In this document: one piece after another, positions 21,701 through 30,685 of the stretch
Layout: every line of letters starts with the position of its first letter
How positions within the stretch are numbered: the stretch's first letter is position 1
Assembly: GCA_963716725.1 (NCBI GenBank)
Contig: CAVQUB010000011.1
Location: 224,001 to 288,000, forward strand
Direction: 5' to 3'
Length of the DNA: 64,000 nucleotides
Source: an uncultured delta proteobacterium
Lineage (GTDB): Bacteria; Myxococcota_A; Polyangia; Polyangiales; Polyangiaceae
Notes under the pieces: generated by a model
The model's input: the letters and a program-made list of their open reading frames with translations, nothing else
Databases searched by the model: none
Told to the model about the DNA's origin: nothing
Position numbers and translations under genes: made by a program

Positions 21701-22888
21701 GGCTCCCAGCTCACCGAGTAAGCCCTCGCGCGCCTCGACCGAAGCCGGATCGAGCGCGAGGCACTCGATCCAGGCCTCGACCGCGCGCTCCGGGGACGCG
21801 AGGGGCCCCGAATAAAGTCGCGCGAGCGCGAGCCTCATCGACGCGCGCTCGGTCGTGTGCAAATCGAGCAACGCGAGCTCCCAACGCGCCGCACGGAGTT
21901 CGTGCAGGCCCGCCTGCTCGGCGAGGGGATCGAGGCCGGAGGCGCCTTTTCCCGGCCCGTCATCGAGATCGGCCTCGAGGTGCGCGTCCAGCGCCGCCCC
22001 CAGGGCGCGCGGCGGATCTCCCGCGGAGATTGCCTCGCGCAAGCGCCGCAGATGCACGGCTCGCTCACGACTGCCGCTTGCCCGCGCATGCTCCCGGAGC
22101 ACCTCGTCCGAAGCGCCCACACGCCCGCGTACGGCGAGCGCGCCGGCGAGCCGCTCCGCCGGCAGTGGCTCACCAGGCGCCATCTCGAATGCCCTGAGCA
22201 AGTCTTCGAAGGCAGCCGCGCGATCACCTGCTGCTTCGTGTCGTCGAAACCCCTCGAGGTAACCCTCGGCAGCCCGCTCCGCCGAGACTGCGCTCTCGGC
22301 CCACGCGCCGATGCCGGCCTGAAGCTCCGGAGCGACAGCGTCCGTCGGGTCTTCGCGGGCGGCGTCGAAGAGCGCGTCCGCCGCACCAGCGGCGTCCCCC
22401 AATCGGCCGAGCAGCACGCCAATGCGCGTCAGGATGCGCGCCGCGTCGGCGCCCGACGCGTCGGCCACCAAGGGACGCAGGGTGGCGGCCGCTGGCCCCG
22501 GTTCGCCGAGCGCCGCAAACCATCCCGCGAGCTCCTCGCGCAAGCCCGGGTCGTGTCCGAGCAGGAGCGCTCGCCGTCCGAGCTCGATGGCGGTGTCGAG
22601 GCCGGCACCGCGGGTCACCAGCGCGCGGGCGAGCGCCGTCGCGTTGCTCCGCTCGGACTCGGTGTCTCCCGCGCGCTCGCTGGCTCCCATCCGCGCGGCC
22701 AGCGACGCGAGCTCGGCGCGGGGCCCCGTCCGTCGGGAGACGGCCGGGTCGGCCAGTTGCGCCTCGAAGGTCAGGGACGCCGGCGAGCGTGGACCCTGCG
22801 GGCGGTCGTTCCATTCCGGCGGCCGCAGGGTGCTGACGGGCTTTTTCCCCGGCTCCCGCCCTGATCCGTTGTCCGAAGGTGTGCTCAT
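15734..22888 (-). CDS. Giant (2384 aa) TPR-like alpha-solenoid protein
   Basis: Continuous Ala/Leu/Glu/Arg helical repeats, Pro-rich linker, C-terminal RRAGLFVSGDLGVALR...DLVRLATSSEY domain typical of myxobacterial giant TPR proteins. Confidence 0.85.
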   Translation of the reverse strand: MSTPSDNGSGREPGKKPVSTLRPPEWNDRPQGPRSPASLTFEAQLADPAVSRRTGPRAELASLAARMGASERAGDTESERSNATALARALVTRGAGLDTAIELGRRALLLGHDPGLREELAGWFAALGEPGPAAATLRPLVADASGADAARILTRIGVLLGRLGDAAGAADALFDAAREDPTDAVAPELQAGIGAWAESAVSAERAAEGYLEGFRRHEAAGDRAAAFEDLLRAFEMAPGEPLPAERLAGALAVRGRVGASDEVLREHARASGSRERAVHLRRLREAISAGDPPRALGAALDAHLEADLDDGPGKGASGLDPLAEQAGLHELRAARWELALLDLHTTERASMRLALARLYSGPLASPERAVEAWIECLALDPASVEAREGLLGELGATGDPTPLIGALLRVARGGGPSRRAALVDLAKLASTRVSMPGLVVWAGRAAMAMEPDDDLAELVAQSEPAARDEESRIEELRGQPESLAELAGLLRSRPDHVDEYLAVLRALLEVPGEHRGWQRLLERVLVREDRVDELVGALERALTRDPGADYERVALALALCLRARGEEASALRVVTPLLFTPAAHPAASGMALVLAARLSEARLWARALLRLAAPLSSEFRAVLLAASAEALLSAGDVDEARSVAEQASRADPSQARPVAVLATIALARAPDRSVADALERAMGFIVPRAALCEALADAHDALGDPSLALVWTQRWLALRPGDVRAARTLLGRVTEAGDGQRIGDALSWLLSQPQPLSDLASPLSAALLRLAEIEPARGTAMARRALDVLGPRSEELRETVLAVADSGDEPGLALALLERTLAVSDRAEGRVELLLSIATRRRAAGDADGVARALARAKAEGAAADRILNELADALPARSSDGEISLLTARAEALAEHAQADAEARGRAFRELGAALWDLAGDPDGAVQAWQRAAELDPVHGVNRLARDLVSFAGAAAALEQLERYAARQGHPEDASRLLGMAATVALGAGESAEALRIAVAALDLDPSHTDMIAIAERAAGADDVMTLESIYEKLSRAALGTFGERAVHYRAARYLERRGEDSRALDHAIRAFCAVPAEGITFVLMGRLAERVGRGADVVRTLTEVAEAAHQPQQRSTWLKRAALFGGSDEDSNRLRVDVLLRALSVRPEPAVLVSLGKALAELGKVSNEHREIGALRFEHALESLLPRLEGAEGARTGIAAAGVALDLSLAGLAISALERAAQCDAAVEWYSELSSRAPALAAESDRARALVGSVNAAVADKYGNVGRQLLELAAQIARALDDGASAGALVVAAAERDPDDAPLAARAALAAQLSGDPALLGRVASTVPTAERIGTMLRSAAQAERSGDPLLAIEAFERVAEDPAVVPDDRRRARLRLRELYGQVGHHDKLETLIESELTSGDLVGAALARAGRDLAALLATRGKPDRALAVLDEALRNAPGDIALLEDMVTLAHQARDGGRRAAALGHLIDRVDDRAKLRFLRELAPLLAELGDDAGASSRFAELSAMDPDDLNALAAMELAAEKRGDWERALSLLGRRASLASRVDDVRRIRLRRATLLEERLGRADEARTELEALLAATGDHLSVLRVLADLHQRLGAPLRAAPLWMRASAVTTNRDEAADLSKRACEAYLAGGDVDAARRVIEGLGAWLQSPELLELAVAVERRSGDARALGQALEDLVGAGGHPVERHVALLVEAARAYDVAGQPADALALAERASEIAPAAAAPQIFARWLEYRVRGPTTREHARLVVAALRGIDEALTPEEAEVRGFLIAEALDSAVGTGAGMRELMKLSAELGNVPLVALGIGERLTEGGEHGQSLSLFDLALSGDLRGVRHRGRVAIMAADAARETGDFGRALGFVNIAATEPITRDAASALGAQLRAEELAGEVAREQASARRDVAPVRRTDTEPGLPRAEPVPAFVGPRDSSPPPRLASKPPAAHRPSTTYHSTAPPEQIRQPSEPPPKQHSAPPAPVIRERGTDPEPHSQIEAKVAMPASLRRVSGTFAAASSMEADLLTQLAEGSLDAGFELVRQLENRRSRAYDLVAVCRAMVSHAPGDRDLLRQLYVAALADKNHVYARAVEHALALFDPSAEAAAPPGLAEQPEDPARLRALLFRELQSPVCEALSLVWEGASHVFRRDPASYGVAGAARISIQAPTPLARTYAAAARVLGLTRTPLFHPRTAGPISLGVALLSPPALIAAGEVARETPELSYHVGAMLVASLPEHVLLFGSSEEQAQSILKSMLLAFGPPAEHKADLASAASLAEVLWERIPASSQRRLRELCHEPSGIDFETGMAHARRAARRAGLFVSGDLGVALRQTCRQEGIAPEVVASPSTLAKLVAEHAAFADLVRLATSSEYSAARWQTQRGTRPPAHS

Positions 22889-23035
22889 GAACGCCCGGGC
22901 CCCGCCGCTGTCCCTACCTCTACCGCGACCGCCGGCCTTTTCCGAGATGGATCGAGCGGGCTTGTCCTCGAAATCTTCCGGGTCTAGCCTCCGTCGGGCT
23001 GCGGCAATGGCCGTCGCGGCGCCGGAGGCACGAAC

Positions 23036-24085
23036 ATGGCACGCACGAATTCCGCTTCGTTTTCGAAGGCTCTCGCCCTGATCGTGGCGGGCACTCTCGC
23101 GAGTTCGAGCGCCTTGCCCCTGGCGATGGCTCAGGGCAAGGGCGCCGCCGCGGTTCCCGACGCGAAGAAGCGCGACGCCGCGCGCAAGGCCTACCAGGGC
23201 GGCGAGAAGGACTACAAGGCCGGCAAATACGCCGAAGCCTACGATGGCTTCAAGAAGGCCAACGAGATCCTACCTTCGCCCCACGCCGAGTACTGGATGG
23301 CGATGGCGCTCGACAAACAAGGCAAGTCCGACGACGCGGCCGCTGCCTACGAGAAGCTCCTCGCGCACGCCGAAGTGAGCAAGCTCGGCGACGAGAAGAC
23401 CGGGCAGGTCAAGAGCCGCCTCTCGGAGCTGAAGGGCAAGCAGACGGGCGAGGTGAACATCGCCACGAACCCCGTGGGGGCGTCGGTCACCGTGGATGGG
23501 ACGGCGCAGCCCGGCGAGACGCCGATGATCATCAAGCTGGCGCCCGGCGCTCACACCATCACGATCACCAACCCTGGCTACGAAAAACAAGAGCTCTCGA
23601 TCGACGTGACCGCCGGCCAGCGCGTGGAAAAGAGCGTCGAGCTCAAGGCCGCGGAGCTCGGCCCCGCCGCCGCGCCGGCCGACACGCCGGCTCCCGCGGA
23701 GCCCGAAGAGAAAGCCGAGCCCGCGCCACCGGCGGAGGCCAAGAGCAAGGTCCCCGCGTATGTGACGCTGGGGATCGCCGGCGCAGCCACCGTGGTGGGC
23801 GCCTTCTTCGGGGTAAAGGCCCTCGGAGCCAAAGGCGACTTCAACGACGATCCGACGACTGACAACGCAGACTCGGTGGAGCGCAACGCGCTGATCGCGG
23901 ACATGGCCTTCGGCGTCGCCATCACCCTGGGGGTGACTGGCGTCGTGCTGCTCACGAGCGGCAGCTCGGAGCCCGCAAAAGAGAAGGCGGCCAAGCGCAA
24001 GGCGCTGCCGAAGAAGGCGCGCTTCAACGTCGCTCCCTATGCGACGCCCACCGGCGGCGGCGCGGCCGCTCGCTTCGTGTTCTGA
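23036..24085 (+). CDS. TPR + PEGA domain protein
   Basis: Signal peptide, TPR helices, PEGA-like 'IATNPVGASVTVDG...LAPGAHTITITNPGYE', C-terminal hydrophobic segments. Confidence 0.85.
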   Translation: MARTNSASFSKALALIVAGTLASSSALPLAMAQGKGAAAVPDAKKRDAARKAYQGGEKDYKAGKYAEAYDGFKKANEILPSPHAEYWMAMALDKQGKSDDAAAAYEKLLAHAEVSKLGDEKTGQVKSRLSELKGKQTGEVNIATNPVGASVTVDGTAQPGETPMIIKLAPGAHTITITNPGYEKQELSIDVTAGQRVEKSVELKAAELGPAAAPADTPAPAEPEEKAEPAPPAEAKSKVPAYVTLGIAGAATVVGAFFGVKALGAKGDFNDDPTTDNADSVERNALIADMAFGVAITLGVTGVVLLTSGSSEPAKEKAAKRKALPKKARFNVAPYATPTGGGAAARFVF

Positions 24086-24128
24086 GTCGGGCGAAACCCG
24101 GGGCGCGCTCAGGCCGTAGTGCCTGAGA

Positions 24129-24725
24129 ATGCGCCCCCTCGCTTCCGCCACCGCCCTCGCAGCGCTATGCGTCGCGGGAGGTTGCATGTCGAACAAGACT
24201 GCTGACGTAGAGCAGGTGACGCCCGCCCCCGGCTCCCAGACCGAAACCGCCGTGCTCGCGGGCGGCTGTTTCTGGGGAATGGAGGAGATCCTGCGCAAGG
24301 TCCCGGGCGTGATCGACACCGAGGTCGGCTACGCCGGCGGCACTTCCGTCAGTCCGACCTACGAGGCGGTGAAGGCCGGCACGACGGGACACGCGGAGTC
24401 GGTGCGCATCGTCTTCGACCCGAAGCGCCTCAGCTATGAAGACCTGCTCGAGAAGTGGTTCTTCCGGATGCACGACCCCACCACCAAGAACCGCCAGGGC
24501 AACGACATCGGCAGCCAGTATCGCTCGGCGATCTTCGTCGCTTCTCCCGAACAACGTCGGGCCGCGGAGGCCGTCAAGGAGCGCGTGAGCGCCAGCGGCA
24601 AGTGGCAGTCGCCCGTGGTCACCGAGATCGTCGACGCGGGTCCCTTCACCCCCGGCGAGGGCTATCACCAGGACTACCTGGAGAAGAACCCAGGCGGCTA
24701 CACCTGCCACTGGCTGCGCGACTGA
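24129..24725 (+). CDS. msrA: Peptide-methionine (S)-S-oxide reductase, probable lipoprotein
   Basis: AGGCFWGME, GHAE, HDPT..NRQGND.G.QYRS, YHQDYL..NP.GY.CH. Confidence 0.96.
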   Translation: MRPLASATALAALCVAGGCMSNKTADVEQVTPAPGSQTETAVLAGGCFWGMEEILRKVPGVIDTEVGYAGGTSVSPTYEAVKAGTTGHAESVRIVFDPKRLSYEDLLEKWFFRMHDPTTKNRQGNDIGSQYRSAIFVASPEQRRAAEAVKERVSASGKWQSPVVTEIVDAGPFTPGEGYHQDYLEKNPGGYTCHWLRD

Positions 24726-24748
24726 GAGGCCGGGCCTGGCCCCTCGCT

Positions 24749-25858
<1,110 letters not shown>

Positions 25859-25983
25859 GTCGGGTTCCTCCTCGGGTGAGGCAGGGATTTAACGCGTCGC
25901 GCCGACGGCGCCCAGCCTCGCCGAGCCGGGCTAGAAAATCGCGAGGATCCGCGGCACCCCCTCGGCAAGCGGCCGAGCTGCGT

Positions 25984-27063
25984 CTATTGGCAACACACCG
26001 TGACCGGACCCGCGGGCGCTGCGCTTCCGACCGGCGCGCCGCCACCGGCGACGCACGAGGGAGTGGTGGTCGTGACCTTCACCGAGCGCTGCGCCGTAGG
26101 ACCGTCGACCTCGAGGCAGCTGCCGCCCTTGGGGATGGTGCTTTGAGTGCCTGCGCACCCGCTGGAGTCGAAGTCGTCCACGCTGACGGCGCATGGTCCT
26201 GAATTGTCACAGGTGCACGCGGTACAACCACGGGAGTCGTCGGCTCCCGCGTGGAGGCTGAAGGTCTGGGGGTAAGCAGCTGGGCAGCCGACGATGCCCT
26301 TCTGGAATACGCAGCGCTTCGAGTAGCTCGCGTCGACCTTGGGAGCACAAACCCCGGCTCCGCACCCGGCGCCCGGACTCGACGGAAAACACAGCACGTG
26401 CCGCGCGCTCCAGCTGAGCGGTGGCACGGCGGGTTTGCTCGACGCCATCGGCAGGCAGCTGAGGTTGCCAGAGACTCCGATCACGAAGTTGGCGAACGCG
26501 GGACCGCCCACCGAGATGTCGGTGCAGCCGGCGCCGATGGGCGTGTAGGTTCCATTCACCGTACAGCCGCCGCTGACGTACTTCACCAGCGCCACGCAGC
26601 TCGCCGCACCGACCGTGGTGCACTGGCAGCCCACCGCGCCGCAGTTGGCAGGCGCGGCGCTCAGCCCCGCAAAGAGCTCGAGCCGCCCGAGATCTGGCGC
26701 CCCGCAGGGCGGTGGCTTCTGCGTGCCCGTCCCCGACCACATCACCGCCGGACCCGTGAAGCCGGCGGGCGCCGCAGCCTCGCAGTCGAAGGCGACTTGG
26801 CAATCGGGATCCGCGCAGTCCACCTGCGAGTCGTCGTCGTCGTCGATTCCGTTCAGGCAGTCCTCAGCGCCCGTGAGCCCACTGCCGCCGCTGCCACCGA
26901 CCGCAGCGTCCCCGCCCGAGGCTCCCCCGGAGCCGCCCGTCGCACCGGATCCACTCGGCTCGTCCTGATAGTCCCCGTCGATGCCGAGGATGGACGCGCA
27001 GCCCAGCGAGGCCACCCCCAAGGCCAGCTGTGAGTACCGAAGCATGAACGACCGCACGGCCAT
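25984..27063 (-). CDS. Cys-rich lipoprotein (myxobacterial type)
   Basis: Lipobox SLGC, Gly/Ser linker, EDCLNGIDDDDDSQVDCADPDC, C-terminal VTVCCQ. Confidence 0.8.
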   Translation of the reverse strand: MAVRSFMLRYSQLALGVASLGCASILGIDGDYQDEPSGSGATGGSGGASGGDAAVGGSGGSGLTGAEDCLNGIDDDDDSQVDCADPDCQVAFDCEAAAPAGFTGPAVMWSGTGTQKPPPCGAPDLGRLELFAGLSAAPANCGAVGCQCTTVGAASCVALVKYVSGGCTVNGTYTPIGAGCTDISVGGPAFANFVIGVSGNLSCLPMASSKPAVPPLSWSARHVLCFPSSPGAGCGAGVCAPKVDASYSKRCVFQKGIVGCPAAYPQTFSLHAGADDSRGCTACTCDNSGPCAVSVDDFDSSGCAGTQSTIPKGGSCLEVDGPTAQRSVKVTTTTPSCVAGGGAPVGSAAPAGPVTVCCQ

Positions 27064-27068
27064 GCACC

Positions 27069-28394
27069 TCAAGAGAAGCGCGCGGTGATGGCGTCGACCA
27101 CCTGCCCGTAGTCCGGCTTCAATGTCACCGCCGGGTTCGCCAGGCTGCTCGCGACGCCGGGGACTTGCCCGTCGTGGTAGCGCACCTTGAACTCGGTGAA
27201 CTTGAGCGCGTTGGCGGTCGAAACGCAGACCACGCGATCCTTTCGATTGATCTCGCCGCGCGCGACCAGCTTCTCGATCACGGCCAGCGCGACGGCCGTA
27301 TGCGGGCAGGTGTACATGCCCGTTCGGTCGGCGCGCGCTGCCGCGTCGGCCAGCTCTTGCTCGCTCGCCTGCTCGACCAGGCCGTTCATCGCGTCGAGCG
27401 CTCGCATGGCCCGCGGGGCGCTCACCGGGTTGCCGATCTGAATCGCCGTTGCCTGGGTCGCCTGGGCCTTGATGGGCGCCACCTCGCGCCGTCCCTGGGA
27501 CCAGGCTCGATAGAGCGGGTTGGCGTTCTCGGCCTGCGCCATCACCAGCCGTGGAAATCGCGTGATGAGCCCGAGCTCTCGCATCAGCTCGAATCCGGCG
27601 TGCAGTGCGCTGGCGTTGCCCAGGTTGCCGCTGGGCAGCACGATGACGTCGGGGATCTGCCAGTCGAGCTGCTGCACCACCTCGACCGCGACGGTCTTCT
27701 GCCCCTCGATGCGCAGCGCGTTCATGCTGTTGGCCAGATACACCACGCCTTCTTGGGCGAGTCGCTCGACGATGGCCATGCAACCGTCGAAGTCGGTGTC
27801 GAGCCCCAGTACCAGGGCGCCGTGGGCCAGTGGCTGCACCAGCTGACCCGTCGAGATCTTGCCCCGGGGCAGCAGCACGACCACCGGCAGACCGGCGGCG
27901 GCTCCATACGCGGCGAGGGCGGCGCTGGTGTCACCCGTCGAGGCGCAGGCCACGGCCTTCACCTGGAGGCCGTCGCGCATCGCCCAGCGCAGCACGCTGA
28001 CCAGCACGGTCATGCCGAGATCCTTGAAGCTGCCGCTGTGGCTGTTGCCACAGAGCTTGACCCAGAGCTCGTCGAGGCCAATCTGCTTACCGTAGCGCTC
28101 GGCCCAAAACAGGTTGCTGCCTCCCTCGTACATGCTGACGATGAGGTCGTCCGGCATCTCGGGCATCACCCACTCGCGCTTGCCCCAGACTCCCGAGCCG
28201 TAAGGCCATTCGCTGCGCATGTAGCGATCGTCGAAAAGCTTCATCCACTCGGCGGCGCTCGTGGTCTTCAGCGCCGCGAGGTCGTGGCTGACCTCGAGCA
28301 GCCCCTGGCATTTGGGGCAGCGATAGATGGCCTGGGTGACGGGCCAGGACCCGTCGCAACCCGCGATGCACCGGAACACCGATCTGGGGCTCAT
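27069..28394 (-). CDS. thrC: Threonine synthase
   Basis: SGSFKDLG (PLP lysine), CASTGDTSAALAAY, EGQKT, PSGNLGN, CPHTAV. Confidence 0.95.
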   Translation of the reverse strand: MSPRSVFRCIAGCDGSWPVTQAIYRCPKCQGLLEVSHDLAALKTTSAAEWMKLFDDRYMRSEWPYGSGVWGKREWVMPEMPDDLIVSMYEGGSNLFWAERYGKQIGLDELWVKLCGNSHSGSFKDLGMTVLVSVLRWAMRDGLQVKAVACASTGDTSAALAAYGAAAGLPVVVLLPRGKISTGQLVQPLAHGALVLGLDTDFDGCMAIVERLAQEGVVYLANSMNALRIEGQKTVAVEVVQQLDWQIPDVIVLPSGNLGNASALHAGFELMRELGLITRFPRLVMAQAENANPLYRAWSQGRREVAPIKAQATQATAIQIGNPVSAPRAMRALDAMNGLVEQASEQELADAAARADRTGMYTCPHTAVALAVIEKLVARGEINRKDRVVCVSTANALKFTEFKVRYHDGQVPGVASSLANPAVTLKPDYGQVVDAITARFS

Positions 28395-28624
28395 GACAGC
28401 GGCCAAGTATGGTCGCGAAGGGCCCCGAACGCGAGCGGGCATGAGTGAAGCTTCGAGTCGCGGGGCGAGTTCGACACAGATCCGCACGCGCACCTGGAGC
28501 TCGGAAAGCCCCGCGAGCTGCGGCCGCTCGACCGGGATCCGCGCGCGGTCTGCCCACGGCGGCGGCCGGTCGAAAACCCTGGCTCCGGCATTCGACGCGG
28601 CACCGCGTGCGGCAACGCGATGCC

Positions 28625-28870
28625 TCATTTGCGCGTGACGACCACCGGGCCGCGGTCGGGCACGGCGGCGACAAGGGCGTAGGGCTTGCCCGCGGGCTGC
28701 ACGATCTTCACGCTGACGGGCTTACCGCTCTGCGTGGCGCTCGCTCCGGTCCACGCCGCGCTGAGACCGATCTTGACCGTCAACGGGAAGTCGAACGACC
28801 CGTCGCTCCGACTTGCGATCACGAGTGCCGCTCCCCCACCCCCGTTGACGCCTGCCGGCAGCCGCGTGTA
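28625..28870 (-). pseudogene. Probable 3' gene remnant (beta-rich C-terminal module)
   Basis: GSFDFPLTVKIGL...ATQSGKPVSVKIV...ALVAAVPDRGPVVV reads as real protein, but there is no room for an N-terminus before the divergent gene. Confidence 0.5.
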
Positions 28871-28878
28871 TTCGCTGG

Positions 28879-29835
28879 ATGATGCGCCTGACGACCCCTC
28901 TCCTGTGTGCGCTCGTGATGACCGCCGGCTGCGGTGACGACGGCTCGAGCGGTGGCGGCGGCGGCTCCAACGCTGGCGGCGCCGCCGGCAACGACGCCGG
29001 CGCCACGGGCGGGGCCGCGGGCGCAGGGGCGACCGGCGGAGCGGCGGGCAGTGGCGGAATCGCTGGCTCGGGCGGCAGCGCGGGCAGCGGCGGCAGCGGC
29101 GGCAGCGGCGGTAGCGGCGGTAGCGGCGGTAGCGGCGGTAGCGGCGGTAGCGGCGGTAGCACCCTCAGCTGCATGCAGGAGCTCGACAAGCGCGGCGTCG
29201 GCTACACCACGACCACTGCCAAGGGGGTGGTCGACGCAGTGAAGCTCAGCGGGCAACTCAACGGCGTGTTGATCGCGAAGACCAACACGAATCAGGTCGC
29301 TACCGATCCCATGGCCTGCGAGTTTGTCCTGTACCTGTGGGAAATGGCCGAGGTGCTCAAGGCCCACGGCATTCACAAGATCGGAACCCTCGGTTCGTAT
29401 TGTTATCGCTGCTGCTGCGCGTGGTCGCAAACCAACTTCTGCCGCGGCCCGAGCGATCCCGAGCCCGACTGCAGCGTGGCGCCCTACAAAGGCTACTCGA
29501 ACCACTCCTGGGGCCGCGCCGTCGACATCCGTTACCTCTACAAGGACTCGGGACAGATTTACGACATCGAAAACCCAGCCCACTGGGTCGAGTGGCCAAC
29601 CGCGTCCGAGACTTGTACCAAGGGCCTGGCGGCGCAGACGGGCATCAGCAAAGAGCTGTACTCGCTGGCATGCGAGCTGTCTGCCAAGCACGTCTTCGGC
29701 TCGATCCTCACGCCAAACTACAACTCGGCGCATCGGAACCACTTCCACTGCGACATCGGCCAGAAGGGCGCCCCAACTGGCTGGAACGTGCTGTCGAGCG
29801 AGGCCAGCGTGGACGTGGGGCCGGGCGACGAATAG
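28879..29835 (+). CDS. Extensin-like C-terminal domain lipoprotein (M15/LAS peptidase-like fold)
   Basis: Lipobox TAGC, (GGS)n linker, SNHSWGRAVDI, TPNYNSAHRNHFH. Confidence 0.8.
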   Translation: MMRLTTPLLCALVMTAGCGDDGSSGGGGGSNAGGAAGNDAGATGGAAGAGATGGAAGSGGIAGSGGSAGSGGSGGSGGSGGSGGSGGSGGSGGSTLSCMQELDKRGVGYTTTTAKGVVDAVKLSGQLNGVLIAKTNTNQVATDPMACEFVLYLWEMAEVLKAHGIHKIGTLGSYCYRCCCAWSQTNFCRGPSDPEPDCSVAPYKGYSNHSWGRAVDIRYLYKDSGQIYDIENPAHWVEWPTASETCTKGLAAQTGISKELYSLACELSAKHVFGSILTPNYNSAHRNHFHCDIGQKGAPTGWNVLSSEASVDVGPGDE

Positions 29836-29949
29836 CGCGATCTCTTGGTTGGTCCCCAGTCACGACGATCGCCCCACCCTCGCCTGAGGCAGCGCAGGGC
29901 GATCGGATCGTTACCGACCGATCGCCCCACACCGGAGCCATGTGCGCCC

Positions 29950-30078
29950 TCAGGGCGTGAGGCCGAATAGACCGAATAGCGCCAGGCCGATCAGGACGGC
30001 GGGGATCACCACCCACAGCAGGGTGGCGATCTTCGAGTCCTGCGCCTGAACGGGCGCGGGTCGGGGTGCAGTGCTCAT
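29950..30078 (-). CDS. Small 42-aa single-TM protein (absent from the ORF track)
   Basis: MSTAPRPAPVQAQDSKIATLLWVVIPAVLIGLALFGLFGLTP*, with GGAGG 6 nt upstream of the ATG. Confidence 0.7.
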   Translation of the reverse strand: MSTAPRPAPVQAQDSKIATLLWVVIPAVLIGLALFGLFGLTP

Positions 30079-30210
30079 CTTGAGCCTCCGTGGTTTTCGA
30101 GAATCAGCGATTCACTACGTTTCGCCGCTGAACGACGATGCGGATCGCATCGCGACGCGCTCATCCCTTCGGAGAGCTGGGTCGCGCGCGGAGATGAAAC
30201 CCTGCGCACT

Positions 30211-30579
30211 TCAGACGCGAGCGGAGGCGGCTGGCAGCTCCGGCGGAGCGGTGCGTCGACAGGAGCGGCGGATCGACGCTCGCCGATCGCGCAGCCACAC
30301 GCGGGGCGCGAACGCGACAGCAGCGCCGTCGCTCAGCTCCGGGCGCGGCGACCAGAGCTTGGTCGACGTCGATGGCGCGCCGAGTTCGAGCCGGAACTGC
30401 GACGGCTCAACGGCCAGCGGGGCGGCAGTCTGAGCCGCGCGGATCTCGGTGTCGTGGCCGATCGGATCGGAGATCGTGCTGGTGGCCCAGAGCGACTCGA
30501 ACCACTCGGGCAGGCGCGGCGGGGCGGCGGTCGCTGCGACCAGCACCAGGAGCAACAGGGACGCGACCCAGCGACGCAC
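30211..30579 (-). CDS. Hypothetical signal-bearing protein with C-terminal RRTAPP (possible leader peptide)
   Basis: N-terminal RRWVASLLLLVLVAA, low-complexity middle; TTGACA-N17-CAGATC-N6-GTG; alternative ATG at 30627. Confidence 0.5.
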   Translation of the reverse strand: MRRWVASLLLLVLVAATAAPPRLPEWFESLWATSTISDPIGHDTEIRAAQTAAPLAVEPSQFRLELGAPSTSTKLWSPRPELSDGAAVAFAPRVWLRDRRASIRRSCRRTAPPELPAASARV

Positions 30580-30685
30580 GACGGAGATCTGCGCCAGCCC
30601 CAAGGAGCTGTCAAACTGGGCGGCCATTGGGCCACGTGGTGCGCGGTCCTCCGCGCCTATCCGCCTGGTCGAGCCAGCTGGTCGC

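Noticed and set aside
29040..29160. (GGCGGTAGC)n and similar repeats at 1440, 5390-5485, 7130-7230 and 41835-41930 as regulatory or mobile repeats
   Set aside because: They are in-frame Gly/Ser/Ala linkers typical of these proteins.
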